Shown piece by piece: positions 1 to 13,412 of a stretch of DNA of 46,253 nucleotides; within the stretch, counting starts at the first letter, position 1, and each line of letters opens with the position of its first letter. The translations under genes were made by a program, and so were the position numbers. The notes below the pieces were generated by a model, which was given only the letters and a program-made list of their open reading frames with translations, was not told the origin of the DNA and made no database searches. The stretch is from Octopus bimaculoides (Eukaryota), in the NCBI RefSeq assembly GCF_001194135.2, contig NC_068989.1, forward strand, positions 24,738,120 to 24,784,372. Reading direction: 5' to 3'.

Positions 1-56
1 ACCACCACCACCACCACCACCACCACTACCATCACCACGACGACCACCACCATGAA

Positions 57-91
<35 letters not shown>

Positions 92-123
92 GCAACAGCA
101 GCAGCAGCAACAGCAACAACAAC
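1..123. repeat. Compound trinucleotide microsatellite (ACC)n/(ACG) then (CAA/CAG)n
   Basis: Read directly from the sequence; no splice sites or coding continuation. Confidence 0.9.
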
Positions 124-385
124 AGAAACATCAAGAAAGACGAAGCCCTTTTATGTTTTGTCTCTCTTGCTAGAAATAACTTGAATATCTTTTAACCACG
201 CTCCCAACAGTTTTAAATAGTTACAAAACTATTACAGCTCTCTATACAACTCAAAGGAAAGATCGGGCGTTGACGGAAAAAACCCCATTTTCTCATAGGC
301 CTTCTTAGTCAGGTTTGACTCGGGGGTTAAACATGAGCAACATCTGGAACAATTGCATCAACAGCAACGTCAGCAACAACAACAA

Positions 386-545
386 GGATGGCAACTTGGC
401 AGAATCATTACAACAACGGACAAAACACTTAACGGCATTTTCCTCGACTCTTTATGTTCTTAGTTGGAACCTCTTTGAGATCAATATTACTCTTCATCCT
501 TTTTTTACCGATAAAAGAGACTACCAGTTAAAGTACTGGAGCCAA
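386..545 (+). mobile_element. Degenerate tRNA-derived SINE, family A
   Basis: TGGCAGAATCATT A-box-like head, then ttcatcc...gataaaa...taccag central block shared with better copies (16618, 27271). Confidence 0.55.
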
Positions 546-1337
546 CGGGGACAACTAATTCATCTCCTAATAATTATTGTTCTTGTACCAAATTGGAAAC
601 CATACTACACACACTCACACACACATGTATATGTATGTACGTGTGTGTGTGTGTGTGTGTGTGTGCGTGCGTGTGAGTATGACCAATCAGCTATCAGATT
701 TCTGATAAAATCGCTGTGTACATTAAGCCATTCAAAAACATCTTTCTGTATTATAAAAAGATTGATCCTTTTTCGTATTAAGTTAAAAAATGTAAGTGGA
801 TTTCACTCAGTTTCGATGATGAGTACTTACCTGCTCGATCGATTGAACTACCTACTCTTTGAATTTGCGTAATAGCGGCTGATTATTACATGAATTCTTC
901 CTGACAGTTTTCGCTAACTCAGTTTCACTCACAAAGCTTGGGCCAACCCGAGGCAGTAGTAAAAGAAACTAAAAAATACATTTACTCAAGATGTTATATA
1001 GTGATTCCTTAATGGTCTTAATTCGGCTATTTTACGTCTACTACTCCCTCACATGAACACGCATTTTACTTCATATATATTTTTGATAACATTAATTTAG
1101 TACTTATCTATGTATGCATAATGCACTTTCCTGCATTTGTTTGTCACCGCATCTCTGAAACTGCTGTGAAATACTACCTTGAGCTTTCTTCTTTCTCATA
1201 AATTGTATTTTCACACATGAAATTTCTGGGTACTTACATGTTTATGAGGGACTACCATGGACTATCTTTCTTCCTAATTATATTTATATACATATCTCTG
1301 TAGCATTTATAAATGTCATTAACAATTGCTTGTACAT

Positions 1338-1470
1338 TATGTATGTATGTATGTATGTATGTATGTATGTATGTATGTATGTATGTATGTATCTGTCTGT
1401 CTGTTTGCCTGCCTGTCTGCCTGTCTGTTTGCCTGTCTGTCTGTCTGGCTAGCTGGCTAGGTGGCTGGCT
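1338..1470. repeat. (TATG)n grading into (TCTG/CCTG)n tetranucleotide microsatellite
   Basis: Direct reading. Confidence 0.9.
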
Positions 1471-1520
1471 ATCTGTTTTCTGCACAGGCATACACCTATA
1501 TAATTTTAACTATATTTCAG

Positions 1521-1592
1521 GGTAAGTCCGTCGAGAGCCAAGTGATACGTTCAAGCTCCGTCCCAGTTCAATTCAACGTTCATCTTCCTGAT
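1521..1592 (+). CDS. Coding exon A of type I membrane protein gene (GKSVESQVIRSSSVPVQFNVHLPD)
   Basis: Acceptor tatatttcag ends 1520, donor gtaagt at 1593, 72 nt, phase 0-0, open frame joining exon B. Confidence 0.75.
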
Positions 1593-1909
1593 GTAAGTTT
1601 GTCTATATTTTTTTAGAAGTGTTATGTCATTGCAGTATTGGCTGCACTGAATGCACTCCACCACAAAGTGTTGTGTTTTTAATTTCTATGCTGTATTTGA
1701 ATTCCATATTACACTATCTTTATATAAATAAAATTAAAAACCTTATCCAGCATTGCAATATTTCATCTACACTTTTGAAGAAGGCAAGGAATGGGAACTT
1801 CGGAATAAAACCGAGAGCTTTAGTTTCGAATAAATGGATATTCTCATGCTACAACAGTTAAAACTAGCTTCTCGAGTTTTAGATTGAAACATTTACGCAC
1901 CCACCCACC

Positions 1910-2022
<113 letters not shown>

Positions 2023-2610
2023 CGAAAGGTAACTTTGCACGAGCTCTGATAGATTCTGGGCTCATGCTCGTCGTCTGAGAACAAAGAAGATAGAGAAAGG
2101 GAGGAAACGAAAGAAAGGGAGAAGCAGGAAAAGAGAGGTAGAGAGAGTGGGAACAGAAAGTGACTTCCCTTTGACTGTAAGCTAATATATGATGGTTGGA
2201 TTCAAGTGAGGATGTGACATGGGGTGTAGCGAGTGGAGTAAGTGGGATAGGAGGAATGAGACAGATGATACGGGATGAGTTACAGAGTCGACTAAGATGG
2301 AAGAAGCCAGAACGAGGGAAGAAAGTTGGAAAGAGCTATTGTCTTAAACAAGACAGACGGAAACGATGTTCAAGACAGAGGACAGAGGACGAAACTGAAG
2401 AGAATAGGAATCAAAGAATACGCAAACTCCAAGACAAATGTAAAGTAATTAAAAAAGAAAGCTTATACATAGATGCTACCTCCCTCTCATCCACGAGTGA
2501 ATTACTTAAAGAACAACCTATTTGAGTATCTCCTGTCCCTTGTGAAACAGCAAGTTATAGCTCCAGCCGAAGTCAGGTGCCGTGTGATACTTAATCTACA
2601 TGTAGCAAAA

Positions 2611-2677
<67 letters not shown>

Positions 2678-2681
<4 letters not shown>

Positions 2682-3955
2682 GTCATCCCATAAATAGTGC
2701 GGTTTTTAATACTTTATTTTTCAAAATTAAGATAAACAAAGTTCATTTTTAATCTAAAATATACTCTCCTTCATTTTCTACAGTGCTCTTCCATCTATCT
2801 GGTAGACTTGCAAGGCCACTCTTCCAAAATTCACTTGTCCGTGACGAAAAATATTCTTTCTACAGAATTCGTATTTTTTCCGTCCAAATGATTTTGAAGA
2901 CTGCTGAATAAATGATAATCAGACGGGGCAATGTCCGGGAAATATGGTGGGTAGGGCATTGTTTCCCATTCAAACTGCTCCTGCCTTTGGAATGTCATTT
3001 TCGCTGTATGTGGCCGAGCATTATCCTGATATAAGAACACCTTTCATCTTGAAACCAAAGATGGTTGTTTTTTCTGCTAGCCCTGACTTAAACCGCTGAA
3101 GCTGCTCGCAGTAGATCTCCTTTGTTGCCGTTTGTTTTGGATTTAAAAGTTCAAAGTGGACTAAACCTTTCATATCCCACCAAACAGATAACACCTTACG
3201 TGGGTGAAGACATTCTTTAGCCTGGGGTGCTGGTGTTTCTTCTTTTCCTACCCGCTGTTTTCGGCGCTTGACATTTTTATAGAGAATCCATTTCTTGTTA
3301 TCAGTCGCTATTCGGTTCAAAAGTGGTTCATTTGTGACACGTGACAGCAAAGAAGAACACACATTCACTCTCCGCGCAAGATTAGACACGGAAACTTTTT
3401 GAGGAACCCATTGACCCAATTTACTGACTTTTTTGATGATACGCAGGTGTAGATGAATGGTTGAATGACCAAATCCAAGCTTCTCTGCTAGGTCTTCAAC
3501 AGTTACGATGAGATTTTGTTCCATCAAGGTTTGCAGGACGTCCTCGTCGAGCTCTACAGATCTTCTAGGACGAGGTTCGTCTTCTAGGCTCTAGTTTCCG
3601 CCTCGGAATTTCTGGAACCACCGTTGACACTGGATTACGCTTATTGTCCGGTATCTATATACTGCATTAATATTCCTCGCACTTTCCGTTGCTTTGTTGC
3701 CTTTATTGAACTCATAAATCAAAATATGCTGAATATGTTCCTTTGCCGAATATAGCAAAATATGCCGAATATGCTCCATTAAAGCTTTGAAAAAAATAAC
3801 TGCTAAAATCGAACTGCGTTCTTCAAAACTTGCACTAAGAATAAGTACAAGGTAAAATTACTTTTATAGCAAGTTGATGCAGGTAGTTTATCCCGTCCCC
3901 ATCCGAATTTTTGTCCATGCAATTGAAAAACCGAATTATTTATGGGATGACCTAA
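2678..3955 (-). mobile_element. Full-length (1278 bp) non-functional mariner (DD34D), cecropia/mellifera-like
   Basis: TIRs TTGGGTCATCCCATAAATAGTGCGGTTTTT vs reverse complement TTAGGTCATCCCATAAATAATTCGGTTTTT (3 mismatches in 30), flanked by TA. Minus-strand fragments carry HTH QCQRWFQKFR, WVPQKV, QDNARPH and YFPDIAPSDYHLF motifs, broken by frameshifts. Confidence 0.95.
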
Positions 3956-4895
3956 TATATGTATGAATATGAAACGTTTTGGCAAAGCCATTTTGTCGTC
4001 GCCTTTTTGGCGTCACTGATTCGACGCTGACTTATATGTCATAAGATTTTTTAACGTTTCTCTTGAACTCCCTCACTTCTCTCTCTATTTATGTGTATAA
4101 ATAGAGAAAAATATTTATGTCAACGTGTTCAATTAATAAATTGTAATATCCCTTTTTCTTACCCTCTCCCATTCTGTCTCTTACACTTTTTTCTCTGTAT
4201 ATATGTATTTCTGCACACATATACGTGCGTGCATGTACGTGTTTGCCTCCAACTCCAGCAAGTACTTTCGCCAAAATCGGTTGAATGTCCAGTCAGCCGT
4301 GCCAAATTGCCAGCGTCTAAACAGCTGTGCCTAATAGTATCTTCATACTTTAAAACTCCATCAGGTTTAATGTTTCACTGCTTTCTAAAGGAAGAGTTTG
4401 CCATTTTATTTAACCATTAGATGTTTGGAAGGTGTTAGGTCTAATACATAGGACATTTAACAATACCTAAGGCTTGTGGAAATTTCATAAAGATCGAGAC
4501 TTTAGTTCCTGATCAAAATTCTATCCTCGGCAATTATTTTTCTATCGATATAATAGGTGGCTTTGCTTAAACAGATTATGTATTTTGTAAAGTTTTCAGA
4601 AATACACTAAAAACAACAGCCTCAACAATGTATCTTGAAGAATACAGTTCTAATCTGGAATTAATCAATTAACCATGAAGACTAAGGGAAGGCGCTAAGC
4701 GAAACATATTTTACTTCTTTCGTTCAGAACACTAATTTATTTCACTTTTAAAGTATTTATAATCACTAACCGCCAGAGCTTTATTGATTTTTACTTGCTT
4801 AATTTATGTTGTTTTTTTTTCATATACCAACGAAAAAATCTGATATTATCATTCATTTTGTTTCCTTTTTCTCTTCTTGAAATTCTTCGATTTAG

Positions 4896-5013
4896 GAAAG
4901 CTACTACTTCAACGTTTTCGCCTTCTCTGATATTCAACCAAGAATATATGCCTATGATGTCAGTGCATGTTACTTGCACAGTGACCGAGAAAAGTTTGCT
5001 TTGTCCATCACAA
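4896..5013 (+). CDS. Coding exon B (ESYYFNVFAFSDIQPRIYAYDVSACYLHSDREKFALSIT+A)
   Basis: Acceptor cttcgatttag ends 4895, donor gtcagt at 5014, 118 nt, phase 0-1; the A joins AC of exon C to form Asn. Confidence 0.8.
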
Positions 5014-5099
5014 GTCAGTTTTACAATTATCTTAATTTTTTTGTTTAGTTATTTCTTTTTTTTTTTTTTTATTTCTTTTTAACTTTATTTCCTTTTTTA

Positions 5100-5350
5100 T
5101 ATTCTGAGTTCAAATCCTTCCGGGGTTATCCTTGCATTTCCTCTCTCTGGGAAACAGAAAATAAAGTACCAGCTAGAGCCAAGTATCAGTACATGTAATC
5201 GACTAACACCCTCCCCTCAACTTGCTAAATTAGAAATTCTCTTTTACGTTCTGACATCAAATCCTGCCGAGTTCACCTTCGCCTTTCGTCTCTCCACGGC
5301 CGATAAAATAAAGTGCTAGTCAAGTATTAATATCGATATAATCGATTGTC
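5100..5350 (+). mobile_element. Two partial degenerate family-A SINE copies in tandem
   Basis: B-box-like ttctgagttcaaatcc / ttctgacatcaaatcc, each followed by the aaaataaagt...aatcga block. Confidence 0.55.
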
Positions 5351-5836
5351 TCCTACAGTGGTCGATATAATCAACTTTCTTCAACAGGCTCCGATATAAT
5401 TGAATTTACTCTACTCACAAACTTCTCACTTTGTGTATATGCTACAAACAATTATATCCTTTCATTTTTTCTTCCTTTCTGTCTAATGAAATACATTTAC
5501 TTTGATCGGATAAAACGAAAGGATATTTTCTTGAAGGTCATAGAGCATAATCTATTCCAGAATATTACATGTATTACTTTAACAAGCACAAGTTTAACAA
5601 AAGTATGGATTTGAACGGCAGCTATACAGCTAACGTCATTAAAGATTTAGACTGACTTCCAACTACTATATATACATATATATNNNNNNNNNNNNNNNNN
5701 NNNNNNNNNNNNNNNNNNNNNNNNNNNNNNNNNNNNNNNNNNNNNNNNNNNNNNNNNNNNNNNNNNNNNNNNNNNNNNNNNNNNNNNNNNNNNNNNNNNN
5801 NNNNNNNNNNNNNNNNNNNATATATATATATATATA

Positions 5837-5986
5837 GTGACTGAAACAAGTAAAAGAGTAAAGAGAGTAAAGAGTATGTATGTACATGTATATGTTATCT
5901 TCTACTTGTTTCAATCACTAGACTGGGGCCATGCTGGGAGCACTGTCTTGAAGAATTTTTATTCGTATGAATCGACCTCAGTACTT
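5837..5986. mobile_element. Two family-B SINE 3' tails, tail-to-tail
   Basis: tgactgaaacaagtaaaagag on +, and tacttgtttcaatca...ccatgctgg on -. Confidence 0.65.
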
Positions 5987-6658
5987 TTAAGGTGTTGCAG
6001 AATATCGTTATTTATAATCCTGTCCATTATCGTTGGAAGTAAAGGGCTATAGAAGTTTAGTCGGCAGTCAAAATTTGTCCTTTTAGGGAATAATCACAAC
6101 ATAAAACCAGATCAAAGCACTGACTCTTATAAAGTCCTCTGCGCCTAAACAGTATTCTCATTTGAAATACTTATTTAGTATTGAAGAAGGAAGATTGTGT
6201 TACGTTTATATTTTTCTCTTAAGAGAAGTGAATTAATTCATTAATTCAAACTGGGAATAGAAACCGACAGTGTGTACAGAATTTAAAGGAAGCTTACCTC
6301 TTTCTCTACTGGGTTCGCTATAATTACGGAACACTGTTTAAATCTACATTTCTTTAACAAACTGTAAGTTGAGTTACAGTAAAGAAGAGGTTTAGGGTTT
6401 CAATCAGTTGACTGAGATAGCTCAAAACGTAATAAAGATTGTGAGGGAATGCAGCAGGATTAATAATTCTGAAAGGTGTTCATATCTACCTGTCACCGCT
6501 CCAGAGTAGATATCATTTAACCATAGGTAACCATTACTCCAAATCAAATTAACTATAAACATGCTTTGAAAATAATGACCATTATCATAAGCAAACACCA
6601 ACATATACACATTAATTATTTTTTTATCATCCTTTATTCTTTTCATTTCTATTTCCAG

Positions 6659-6768
6659 ACTTGATCAAACTATATGTTAAACAGAACACAGATAGGTTTA
6701 AGTTTTTTGTTATATCGGCAATATCTACGACCATTGAAATTCGTCCATTAAGAATTCAGAATTTAAAG
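6659..6768 (+). CDS. Coding exon C (LIKLYVKQNTDRFKFFVISAISTTIEIRPLRIQNLK)
   Basis: Long pyrimidine tract and ttccag ending 6658, donor gtagta at 6769 (weak), 110 nt, phase 1-0. Confidence 0.8.
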
Positions 6769-9469
6769 GTAGTATATTTTAATACTGTGATCGTTGTTAA
6801 ATTTAAGTTTGTTATTATGTATTGTTTCACCGTAGATCAACATAATCGATCCGATATATGGCACAATGTAGATAATTGTATGATTAAGCACAATTCTCAT
6901 ATTCTTTGATCTAGACTAATCATGCCTCGTCCTAATGGTGGATGAGGCTATTGTGCAGGGACTTAACGCATGGGCGTGCAGTGTGAAAGTCTGAACAAAT
7001 TGTTTTTTTCTCCACTATTGAGTCTGTTTGTGTGAGGCGGTAGATTATAGTGATGGTTGCGTACGAAATAACCGAGGATTACTTTGTTGGAGCTTGTCAT
7101 TTGTAACCTCTACTTATTAGTGATGTGCCTCTCAGCATAATGCTTGGAACTAATAAAAACATGTCTTCATTCTGTTGATAGTTTTATGTGTACACATATT
7201 TTTATATTGTCTAGATTCAGGGAAAGAGCGAGTGTTTTAAGGATGGTGTTAAGGTAAAGAGCATTGCAGGTGCATATTTACATGATATTCGGAGATATTT
7301 GTAGTGGTTGGAAGTTGTTGATGCAATAACAAACTGTCTCCACCATATTCTCAGGTGCTATTCCGTTTTGAAATCCTGTATTTTTTTTCTTTAACTGGTG
7401 AGAGAAATAACGCAGGAAGTAAACTCCCAGATAACTGACACGATATTTCAAACTCTGCCGAAGCTATATCTCTTTCACTTATGTTGTCAATATGAATGGC
7501 GTCAATGTCAAAACACAACATTTTTAGCAAACAACCATTAAATCCAGAATGTTTATTGCTTTGTTATAAATGTACCAAATATTATATTTGCTCCATTCTT
7601 ATTTATGGTGCTGGCAGAGAGTGGGAATTCAAATTAGTAAGAGCAACGATCTTACTTGAGAGAAATGCAAAATTTATGCGTACTTCAGACACTCTTATAT
7701 ATATATANNNNNNNNNNNNNNNNNNNNNNNNNNNNNNNNNNNNNNNNNNNNNNNNNNNNNNNNNNNNNNNNNNNNNNNNNNNNNNNNNNNNNNNNNNNNN
7801 NNNNNNNNNNNNNNNNNNNNNNNNNNNNNNNNNNNNNNNNNNNNNNNNNNNNNNNNNNNNNNNNNNNNNNNNNNNNNNNNNNNNNNNNNNNNNNNNNNNN
7901 NNNNNNNNNNNNNNNNNNNNNNNNNNNNNNNNNNNNNNNNNNNNNNNNNNNNNNNNNNNNNNNNNNNNNNNNNNNNNNNNNNNNNNNNNNNNNNNNNNNN
8001 NNNNNNNNNNNNNNNNNNNNNNNNNNNNNNNNNNNNNNNNNNNNNNNNNNNNNNNNNNNNNTATGTATATGTATGTATGTATATGTATAAACAAAGTTAG
8101 AGAAATAATAACAACAAAACAAACAGCTTTGATACTCTCACATTCCATTCGTTATGTCACACAAAAAAAAAAAAACGACGGCATCGGTTTCTGAGAGTTA
8201 GTAAATAAGGTGATTCATCTCAATGAAGGTGAAAGAAATAAAATAACTACTCTAATAATATGTGAACTCTGAAAATCGATTTGTGAAAAATAGACATTCA
8301 GAATTCTGATACCAAAGTAATTTGAGATTCGTTTGCAATATCGACCTTCTTACCGATATGGTTATCATTTCAAATATTCAGAAATTGCCGAACTGTAGTT
8401 CTTATTCTCTATTTCGTTATAAAGATGGAACGATAAGCTGACTGCAGTGATCGGAAGCTTAACTTATCATTAATTATTAATGAATTTTGGATGTTTCAAA
8501 TGCAACTCTTTCATGGAAGCTTGGACTAGCTCTAAGGATTCTTAATGTTTGGATAATCTTGATGCATGCAAGCAATTATATCTGATGGTACTTTCGAAAT
8601 TATTGATAATTGATCTTTTATCGTGACCTTTTCATTTTATTTCTTTTAAACAATATATTTAGGACTACATTATATAATATACTCTCTTTTTTAGACTGTA
8701 ACGTATCACTTCTGGTAAAATTTGTATGTTATTTTTTTACAAGTTAAAACGAGTGCATAACGGTAAGTCTTGGAATGATTGGTTATTACAAGGGAAAAGA
8801 TGAATCTTTGAAGTTAATTATAACGTTAATGAAAGATATTGCAAAAACCGAAAAACATTTGTGCGAGGTGGAGTTTTTGTTTAAAATACGAAAGAATATT
8901 AATTATCGTGATGCGACCTGAAGATCAGAAAAGTAATATACATGCTCCATTCCCTGATTTGGAAATAATGCATGATAGAATCAAAGAATCTACCGCATTT
9001 ATTTTCGGAAGGTGAAGTAGCCAAGTGTGATAGTTGGTTATAAATGCAACACAATATCATTGTTAGGATGGTAATTGCATATCACCCTAGCAACAACTTT
9101 CTTCAGAAATCAATCAAGTGATTGATGCTTCGCATATCTTCCACACTCTGTGATGTGTTAATGACAGAAAAGATACTTCCTAATGACTCAACAAATCTAG
9201 TTATAATGAAGCCTTAAGGAACAAAAGAGTTCAGCTTTAAATTCAAAGACTGTATTTTGAAGTTGACAGATGATCTATTAGCTCACAAAACTACGTTAGA
9301 GTTCTTCAGTGGAATTTAGTCTAGAATAGAAATACTAAGAATGAGGTTTAAATTTTTAATCTACCAACACGAATCCAACGAAATAATCGGATTGTCTTTA
9401 TTTGCTTTAAGCTTGATTTTCAATTTGAAATTTTCTTAAAACTGAAGAAAAATGTAATTCTTCTTTTAG

Positions 9470-9643
9470 GTTATGTTTGGTGAAAACGAAATAATCGTTA
9501 CCTTCGAAATAACTGATGTGGCACCAATAATTGGAGATGTGAAAGAGCAGAAGAAAGAAAAGCCCTTCTCAAAAGCTGTCAACGAACTCAAAGACTTACT
9601 AAAAAAGGAAAAATTTATTATTACAATGTATTCACAGACAGCA
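9470..9643 (+). CDS. Coding exon D (VMFGENEIIVTFEITDVAPIIGDVKEQKKEKPFSKAVNELKDLLKKEKFIITMYSQTA)
   Basis: Acceptor ttcttttag ends 9469, donor gtaagt at 9644, 174 nt, phase 0-0; matches the ORF at 9473. Confidence 0.88.
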
Positions 9644-10390
9644 GTAAGTATTTTGCATATATATATGTGAGAATTACTTATACGTAAAATAAACTGTATA
9701 AAATGTTTTATTTAATTTATACCATAGTTGGTAAACAATAACATTATTGGTTATATGTTTTCAACATATAAGTGCATTGAATTTCTGATACTGAAAGTGA
9801 CAACAAAGTGTTTGTAACTCGATGTAGAATTAGTATTGCAAAGAACCTCGCTCATAAAATGCTTTTGAACCACTTGTTTTAATGTATATTTTTGGCAAAA
9901 TACACAAACACACATGCATACGTGCACACATACACTCTTACACACGTACACATGCATGTATATGGTGCAGAATATTGGTGTCAATAGAGCATCGGATGGA
10001 ATATCTTTTAGTATTGGTTCTGGTTCTCTGCACCATGACTTCAAATTTCGCCTAGGCCAACTTTGCCATTCACACTTTCGGGGTTGATAAAGTATCGATC
10101 GAGGCAAGTGAATTGCTAGAATGTTGTCCTAGATGCTTTAGTGTACCTGTTTTGAACTTATGCATTCGAAGTTAAAATTCTTCTTCCTTTCATCGGAAAA
10201 GAAACTCCTAAGCCTTCGGGACCCAGCAAAAATCAGTGTTAGGCTTAGGAAGTAGTTTTTCTGAAAAAGATAAACAACGACAGCAAAAACCTAGGAAGTA
10301 TATGAATAAACTCCCATTTTTGCATGCTAGGTTAAAATGTTGTAAGGCTGAATTATTTCCGTTGGGCAATTAGAGAATTTATGATGTAAA

Positions 10391-10611
10391 ATATTGGTTT
10401 CAAATTTTGGCTCAAAGCCAGCAATTTCAGGGGAGGAGGTAAGTTGATTACACCGACCCCAGTGCTCAACTTGCACTTAATTTATCGACCCCGAAAGGAG
10501 GAAAGGTGAAGTCGACCTCTCAGCAGCATTCGAACTCAGAATGTAAAGACGGCCGAAATGTTACTAAGCACCTTGACCGGTATACTAACGGTTCTGCCAG
10601 CACACCACCTT
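10391..10611 (-). mobile_element. Family-A tRNA-derived SINE, near full length
   Basis: Reverse complement has A-box tggcagaaccgttag, B-box gagttcgaatgc and cctttcggggtcgataaa block. Confidence 0.85.
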
Positions 10612-10651
10612 ATATGATGTAAAATATCAATATATATATATATGTATATAT

Positions 10652-10705
<54 letters not shown>

Positions 10706-10899
10706 CTAACGGTTCTGCCAGCACGCCACCTTATATGATGTAAAATATCAATATATATATATATGTATATATATACATACATACNNNNNNNNNNNNNNNN
10801 NNNNNNNNNNNNNNNNNNNNNNNNNNNNNNNNNNNNNNNNNNNNNNNNNNNNNNNNNNNNNNNNNNNNNNNNNNNNAATATATATATATATGTATATAT

Positions 10900-10957
<58 letters not shown>

Positions 10958-13327
10958 TATAAAGAAAGTATTAAAGATGTAAAATATATGAATTGAAAAA
11001 AATTGCTAAAAGAATGGCAGGAGAGAAAACAGAGAAGTGATGATCGATACAGTTTGCTAGCAATAAAATAAAGTGTGTTTAGGAAGCTACACAAATATAT
11101 ATTCTAGGGAACTAGATAATAGTCAAACTAGGCAACGACGCTTAGAGAGTTAGATAAAAACTCACTGGGAGGCGAAAACTCCTTCTTACACTCGGAAATG
11201 GTTCTGATTCTGAGATCAGAGGAGCTCTGCATCAATTTTCTGCTTGGCACCATTGTAGAAGTAAAAAAAAAAACAAGCACTGAGATCACTACAGTTGGTA
11301 GAAAAGGCAAACGAATGCATTAAAAATGTAGAGTTGTATAACTTTCTATTATTTTAGTGCTTCTAGAAGGACTTGGAATGTAGAGATCGCAGAAATATAG
11401 ATTATGGGGACAAAGAAGATGAAGGACGTCGGTACGCACTCGTAACAAGATAGTAATTTCACGAACATTTCTTTAGTTGAAATATTGAAAGTGTGTTTAT
11501 TTGTGCGCTACAGTCTTTATTCTTTGTTTTTCAAATTATAATTACCTCAGCTGAAACTCTATTCAGAACAGGATTTTATTTAGTACTCCTAATGTTTCTG
11601 TATGGGAAATATAGTTAATACTTGTAGCTTTCCATGTAAATATTTACAGCATAATCACTATTTTCACGTTGCAGCGGCTGCAACAGTAAATATGTAATTT
11701 GGCATATTCTGCATCAGAAACATTAAATGAGATTTTTCGTACAGATATATTTTGTACTTGTGTAGCATAGCATTCTGTATAATTGGTTGCTTTTAGCGAA
11801 GTTTATCCTGACGTAATAATAAAAGCCAAGTCTCTTATTTGAAGTTAATTTCCTCCCTGTCAGTCACCAGTGTAGTGCTTTCATCCCTCTTTAATTAAGC
11901 AGTAAAAGAAGACGGCGGAGGAAGAGATAAAGGCAATTTAATTAGATTTAAGTACTGGCATAAATTTTGATAATTTTGGAGTGATTAAAAGTGAAGTAAA
12001 ATCCTTTGCTTTAATAGAATTCAGAGCGTTGAAGATTTGGGTTAAACACTCTCAAAGTATTTAATCAAGTAATANNNNNNNNNNNNNNNNNNNNNNNNNN
12101 NNNNNNNNNNNNNNNNNNNNNNNNNNNNNNNNNNNNNNNNNNNNNNNNNNNNNNNNNNNNNNNNNNNNNNNNNNNNNNNNNNNNNNNNNNNNNNNNNNNN
12201 NNNNNNNNNNNNNNNNNNNNNNNNNNNNNNNNNNNNNNNNNNNNNNNNNNNNNNNNNNNNNNNNNNNNNNNNNNNNNNNNNNNNNNNNNNNNNNNNNNNN
12301 NNNNNNNNNNNNNNNNNNNNNNNNNNNNNNNNNNNNNNNNNNNNNNNNNNNNNNNNNNNNNNNNNNNNNNNNNNNNNNNNNNNNNNNNNNNNNNNNNNNN
12401 NNNNNNNNNNNNNNNNNNNNNNNNNNNNNNNNNNNNNNNNNNNNNNNNNNNNNNNNNNNNNNNNNNNNNNNNNNNNNNNNNNNNNNNNNNNNNNNNNNNN
12501 NNNNNNNNNNNNNNNNNNNNNNNNNNNNNNNNNNNNNNNNNNNNNNNNNNNNNNNNNNNNNNNNNNNNNNNNNNNNNNNNNNNNNNNNNNNNNNNNNNNN
12601 NNNNNNNNNNNNNNNNNNNNNNNNNNNNNNNNNNNNNNNNNNNNNNNNNNNNNNNNNNNNNNNNNNNNNNNNNNNNNNNNNNNNNNNNNNNNNNNNNNNN
12701 NNNNNNNNNNNNNNNNNNNNNNNNNNNNNNNNNNNNNNNNNNNNNNNNNNNNNNNNNNNNNNNNNNNNNNNNNNNNNNNNNNNNNNNNNNNNNNNNNNNN
12801 NNNNNNNNNNNNNNNNNNNNNNNNNNNNNNNNNNNNNNNNNNNNNNNNNNNNNNNNNNNNNNNNNNNNNNNNNNNNNNNNNNNNNNNNNNNNNNNNNNNN
12901 NNNNNNNNNNNNNNNNNNNNNNNNNNNNNNNNNNNNNNNNNNNNNNNNNNNNNNNNNNNNNNNNNNNNNNNNNNNNNNNNNNNNNNNNNNNNNNNNNNNN
13001 NNNNNNNNNNNNNNNNNNNNNNNNNNNNNNNNNNNNNNNNNNNNNNNNNNNNNNNNNNNNNNNNNNNTAATCATTTTTAAATCACCCGCACGCCCGTACA
13101 TGTGATTTAAAAATGATTTAGATGTTATATCTACCAGATCAAGCGAATGTGTAAAATGTAAGACATTGTGTCATAAGGCTCACATGGTCTGTTATAAATT
13201 TCGCTTTCTTACTTAGATACAAAGTATTTCAGTACAAATAAGGGTGTTTATGCATTTCCATAAAAGCAACAATATAACTAGATTAATTTAAACTTCAATA
13301 TGCAACTGTTTCTGTTCTCATTTTTAG

Positions 13328-13412
13328 TCAGAAAAGACAGCAATACGGCCAAAAGAATTGACATTCGATGAAGTATTATACAAGACTACAACACAAACAA
13401 CATATACTACAG
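13328..13412 (+). CDS. Coding exon E, Thr-rich stalk (SEKTAIRPKELTFDEVLYKTTTQTTYTT+G)
   Basis: Acceptor ctcatttttag ends 13327, donor gtaaga at 13413, 85 nt, phase 0-1. Confidence 0.82.

Noticed and set aside
1-175. PolyQ/polyT coding exon
   Set aside because: No splice context, no continuation, and it sits in a microsatellite-rich intron.
315-872. 185-aa ORF
   Set aside because: It runs through a degenerate SINE and a (GT)n tract; no protein-like signal.
6408-6475. Possible extra exon before exon C
   Set aside because: Weak acceptor, and it ends in phase 2; exons B and C already join in phase 1.
10582-10784. About 120-bp tandem duplication of a SINE head plus microsatellite
   Set aside because: It is nearly identical and abuts a gap in (TA)n sequence; most likely a contig-end assembly artefact.
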